From assembly GCA_010015585.1 (NCBI GenBank), contig ML975161.1: a DNA stretch of 47,253 nucleotides. One strand, 5' to 3'. This stretch comes from Eremomyces bilateralis CBS 781.70. Taxonomy: Eukaryota. The notes under the pieces are model-generated. The model searched no databases. It was not told where the DNA came from and saw nothing but the letters and a program-made list of their open reading frames with translations. Shown in pieces: positions 44,504 through 47,253 of this stretch. Numbering within the stretch: the first letter of the stretch is position 1; every line of letters begins with the position of its first letter. The translations under genes and the position numbers were made by a program.

Positions 44504-47253
44504 ATGGCTGAGGGCCTGGGGGTAGCGGGCGGCGTTGTTGGCATCGTTTCACTCAGCATACAGGTAGCAGAGAGACTCTTAAAATACTACGAATCCTGGA
44601 AGAATCAAGACAAAGACATCTCAGATACATGCGCATCGCTCGAGAGCCTGCGAGGAACATTAACAATCATATGGAATACTATCCAACCACCTGCCAAGTT
44701 TGACAAGAGCATAAAGGGCGATGTTGAGAAGAATATCGAACTTATCGAGGCGGCCGTAAAAGAGCTCAACGACGAGTTAAAAAAAGCGCAGAGCACAGAA
44801 TTACCTGGACAAGGTGCGCGATCCGCAATGCGACGTCATGTACGAAGAGCTTTGTATCCATTCAAGGAACAAACGCTGCATAAAATCCAACAAGTTGTTT
44901 CCGAGGCTCGTGCAAACCTCGATACAGCTTTGCATGCATTGCAACTGTTCGTCCACCTTGATAAGGTTCCCCAAATGCTAAACTAATCCAAATAACCAGG
45001 AGTAGAACCTCAGATATTCACCGCGAAGTCAATTCGCTTGTACGATGGCAAAAAGGTAGTTTATTCCGAAGATGTTCTTGACTTTGTTCGAATCACGGAT
45101 AACTAATAAGCCATTAGACGAAGAAACTCAAAACATACTTCATTGGCTGTCACCAGTGAATTTCTGGCTAAAGCAAGCGGATGTGTCCAGCCAAAGAGAA
45201 CCTGGAACTGGGAAATGGCTGCTTCAACATCCAGACTTCCTTGAATGGGCAGAGGGAAACAAGGAGGCCGTTTGGTGCTTCGGAGGCCGTAAGTTGTGTT
45301 TTGAGTCGGCCTGATGTCAAAGCTGTAAGCTAACTAGATGTCAGCTGGGGTTGGCAAGACTATACTTTCGTAAGTAGAACCATTGATCGTGTCAAGCATG
45401 AGAAATGAGGCTTACTATTAAGATCCGCTATCGTCGAGTTTCTAGAGAATGATTTGCCCATCCAAGGGACGGGGCTTACATTCGTCTACTGCGACCACAA
45501 ACAGAATCTATTACAAAGAGTCGAATTCTTTATTGGCGCAATCGTTCGGCAGTTAGTAGAGCGAAAGCAAACAATTCCAAAAGATGTCCAGATTCTTTAT
45601 CAAAACCACCGAGGAAAAGGGACGACACCCACCCGCTCCGAGTACCTGGAATTGCTTCAATCTTTGAGTAACGAATGTTCCGAGTTGTATGTTGTTATCG
45701 ATGCATTAGATGAATGTGTCGATAAGTATGGAGAAATGATTTGGGAAGACCTCCTTACTAATTTGAAGAGGTTTGTTACTAACCTACGTCTACTATACAC
45801 ATCACGGCATATCGACGATGTTGGAAGAATATCAGCAGGATCAATTTGCATCGAAGTACGTGCTAGCGACGCAGACATGAGAGCTTACATTCAAGCACAA
45901 GTCAATTCTAAAAGTGTCTTGTTGGGATTCTGTCAGCAAGATACCAACCTCCAGAACGACATTCTGCAAAATGTGGTATCGAGAGCTGGAGGAATGTAAG
46001 TCCTTTACCGCTTTATTACCACGTCCCATGATATCTGATACTGAGACTTCCAAAGGTTCCTAGCTGTACGACTTTTTATCGAGTCTCTAGCCTCTCAAAC
46101 GAATCTTAGAGCAGTTACGAGGGCATTAAATACAATGCCAGCAAAGCTCGATGATACTTATGACCAGGCCATGGAGAGAATCAAACAGCAACCTCACCGA
46201 AGGCTTGCCCTGCAGGCTCTGACTTGGATAGTGTACGCCGTTAGACCTCTTCAAGTTAATGAAATCCGACATGCCATAGCTATTGATGAACTGGAACCCG
46301 ATGATCGATCCATATCAGAAGATATGCTCACACTACCAGAACTGATTGTCAACGCTTGTGCGGGGATGATTAAAATCGATGAAGAAAGCAATGTCATTGG
46401 CTTGGTGCATAAAACTACACAAGAATACTTCGACCGATATGGCGCCAAACATTTCCCAGATGCACAGTGGAAGATAGGAAAAGGATGTCTTACATATTTA
46501 TCCCTTGATGTGTTTAGTGGGGGCCACTGTACCACCTATGCACTATTTGAATGTCGACTGCGGGAAAACACATTACTTGGCTATGCTGCTCAGAATTTTG
46601 GTAATCACATCCGTGAAGAGACCGGGTGCAGACTACAATCTCCAGCATTGAATTTTCTACTGGATAGGCGCAAAGTATCGTGTGCAAGTCAAGCCTTATT
46701 TATCACTCAGAGAGAATGGCGTTCGAACGGATATAGCCAAATCTTTCCTCATGATTTTCTTGGTATTCACTATGCGGCCTATCTTGGGTTGATAGAAATA
46801 ATCCGATACTTGATAGAGAATCCAGAGGTTGACGTCGACTCGAAGGACAATAACGGCCGAACGCCGCTGTCGTGGGCAGCCGAGAACGGGCACGAAGTCA
46901 TCGTCAAGCTACTGCTCGAGACGGGCCAGGTCGATGTCGACTCGAAGGGTAAAAATAGCCGAACGCCGCTGTCGAGGGCCGCCGAGAAAGGGCACGAGGC
47001 CGTCGTTAAGCTGCTGCTCGAGACAGGCCAGGTCGATGTCGACTCTAAGGGCAATAACAGCCTAACGCCGCTGTCGAGGGCCGCCGAGAACGGGCACGAG
47101 GCCGTCGTTAAGCTACTGCTCGAGACGGGCCAGGTCGACGTCGACTCGAAGAGCAATAACGGCCGAACGCCGCTATCGAGAGCCGCGGAGAAAGGGTACG
47201 AGGCCGTTGTCAAGCTGCTGCTCGAGACGGGCCAGGTCGGCGTCGACTCAAAG
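44504..47253 (+). CDS. Fungal NLR-like STAND protein: HeLo-like/SesA-type N-terminal domain + NACHT + winged helix + ankyrin repeats (3' end outside the window)
   Basis: Exons 44504-44946, 45000-45055, 45118-45288, 45345-45369, 45423-45995 and 46056 to the end. N-terminus MAEGLGVAGGVVGIVSLSIQV, then ILHWLSP, REPGTGKWLL, spliced Walker A GGPGVGKT, Walker B YVVIDALDEC, GMFL, RPLQVNEIRHA, LVHKTTQEYF, followed by ankyrin repeats. Confidence 0.93.
46828..47253 (+). repeat. Near-identical 102-bp ankyrin-coding tandem repeats (four complete, fifth partial)
   Basis: Units start at 46828, 46930, 47032, 47134 and 47236, with consensus VDVDSKxxNxxTPLSxAAExGxExxVKLLLETGQ. Confidence 0.95.

Noticed and set aside
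46828..47253. Regular repeats that superficially resemble a CRISPR array
   Set aside because: They are contiguous in-frame 102-bp ankyrin units with no unique spacers, in a eukaryotic gene.

Overview
Gene-dense genomic DNA from a filamentous ascomycete (Pezizomycotina, probably Dothideomycetes). Introns are short (about 45-110 nt), GT-AG, with CTRAC branch sites. I spliced the gene models by hand. The core (about 4.4-42.9 kb) contains a BTB/POZ protein, a thioredoxin, a Dal5/Tna1-type MFS permease, CTF18, BOS1, an orphan protein, tandem nitrate and nitrite reductases (niaD then niiA, no nitrate transporter), three small TATA-led ORFs (one Myb/SANT-like), SEC7, LAT1, HSP88/SSE1 and MED21/SRB7. 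Both ends look accessory. The left end has degenerate minisatellites and a stop-interrupted relic. The right end has a RIP-like DUF3505/telomere-linked-helicase-type relic and an NLR-like NACHT-ankyrin gene that runs off the window. The strongest oddities are a niiA intron that appears to end in TG, a ~230-nt foldback in a divergent promoter (milRNA precursor or MITE), a BTB gene with no in-frame AUG before its domain, a 70-aa stand-alone Myb-like protein, and dense GATA, MCB, NirA and AGGCA motif clusters. All family calls come from recognising motifs by eye; no database search was run. I found no tRNA, rRNA or CRISPR array.
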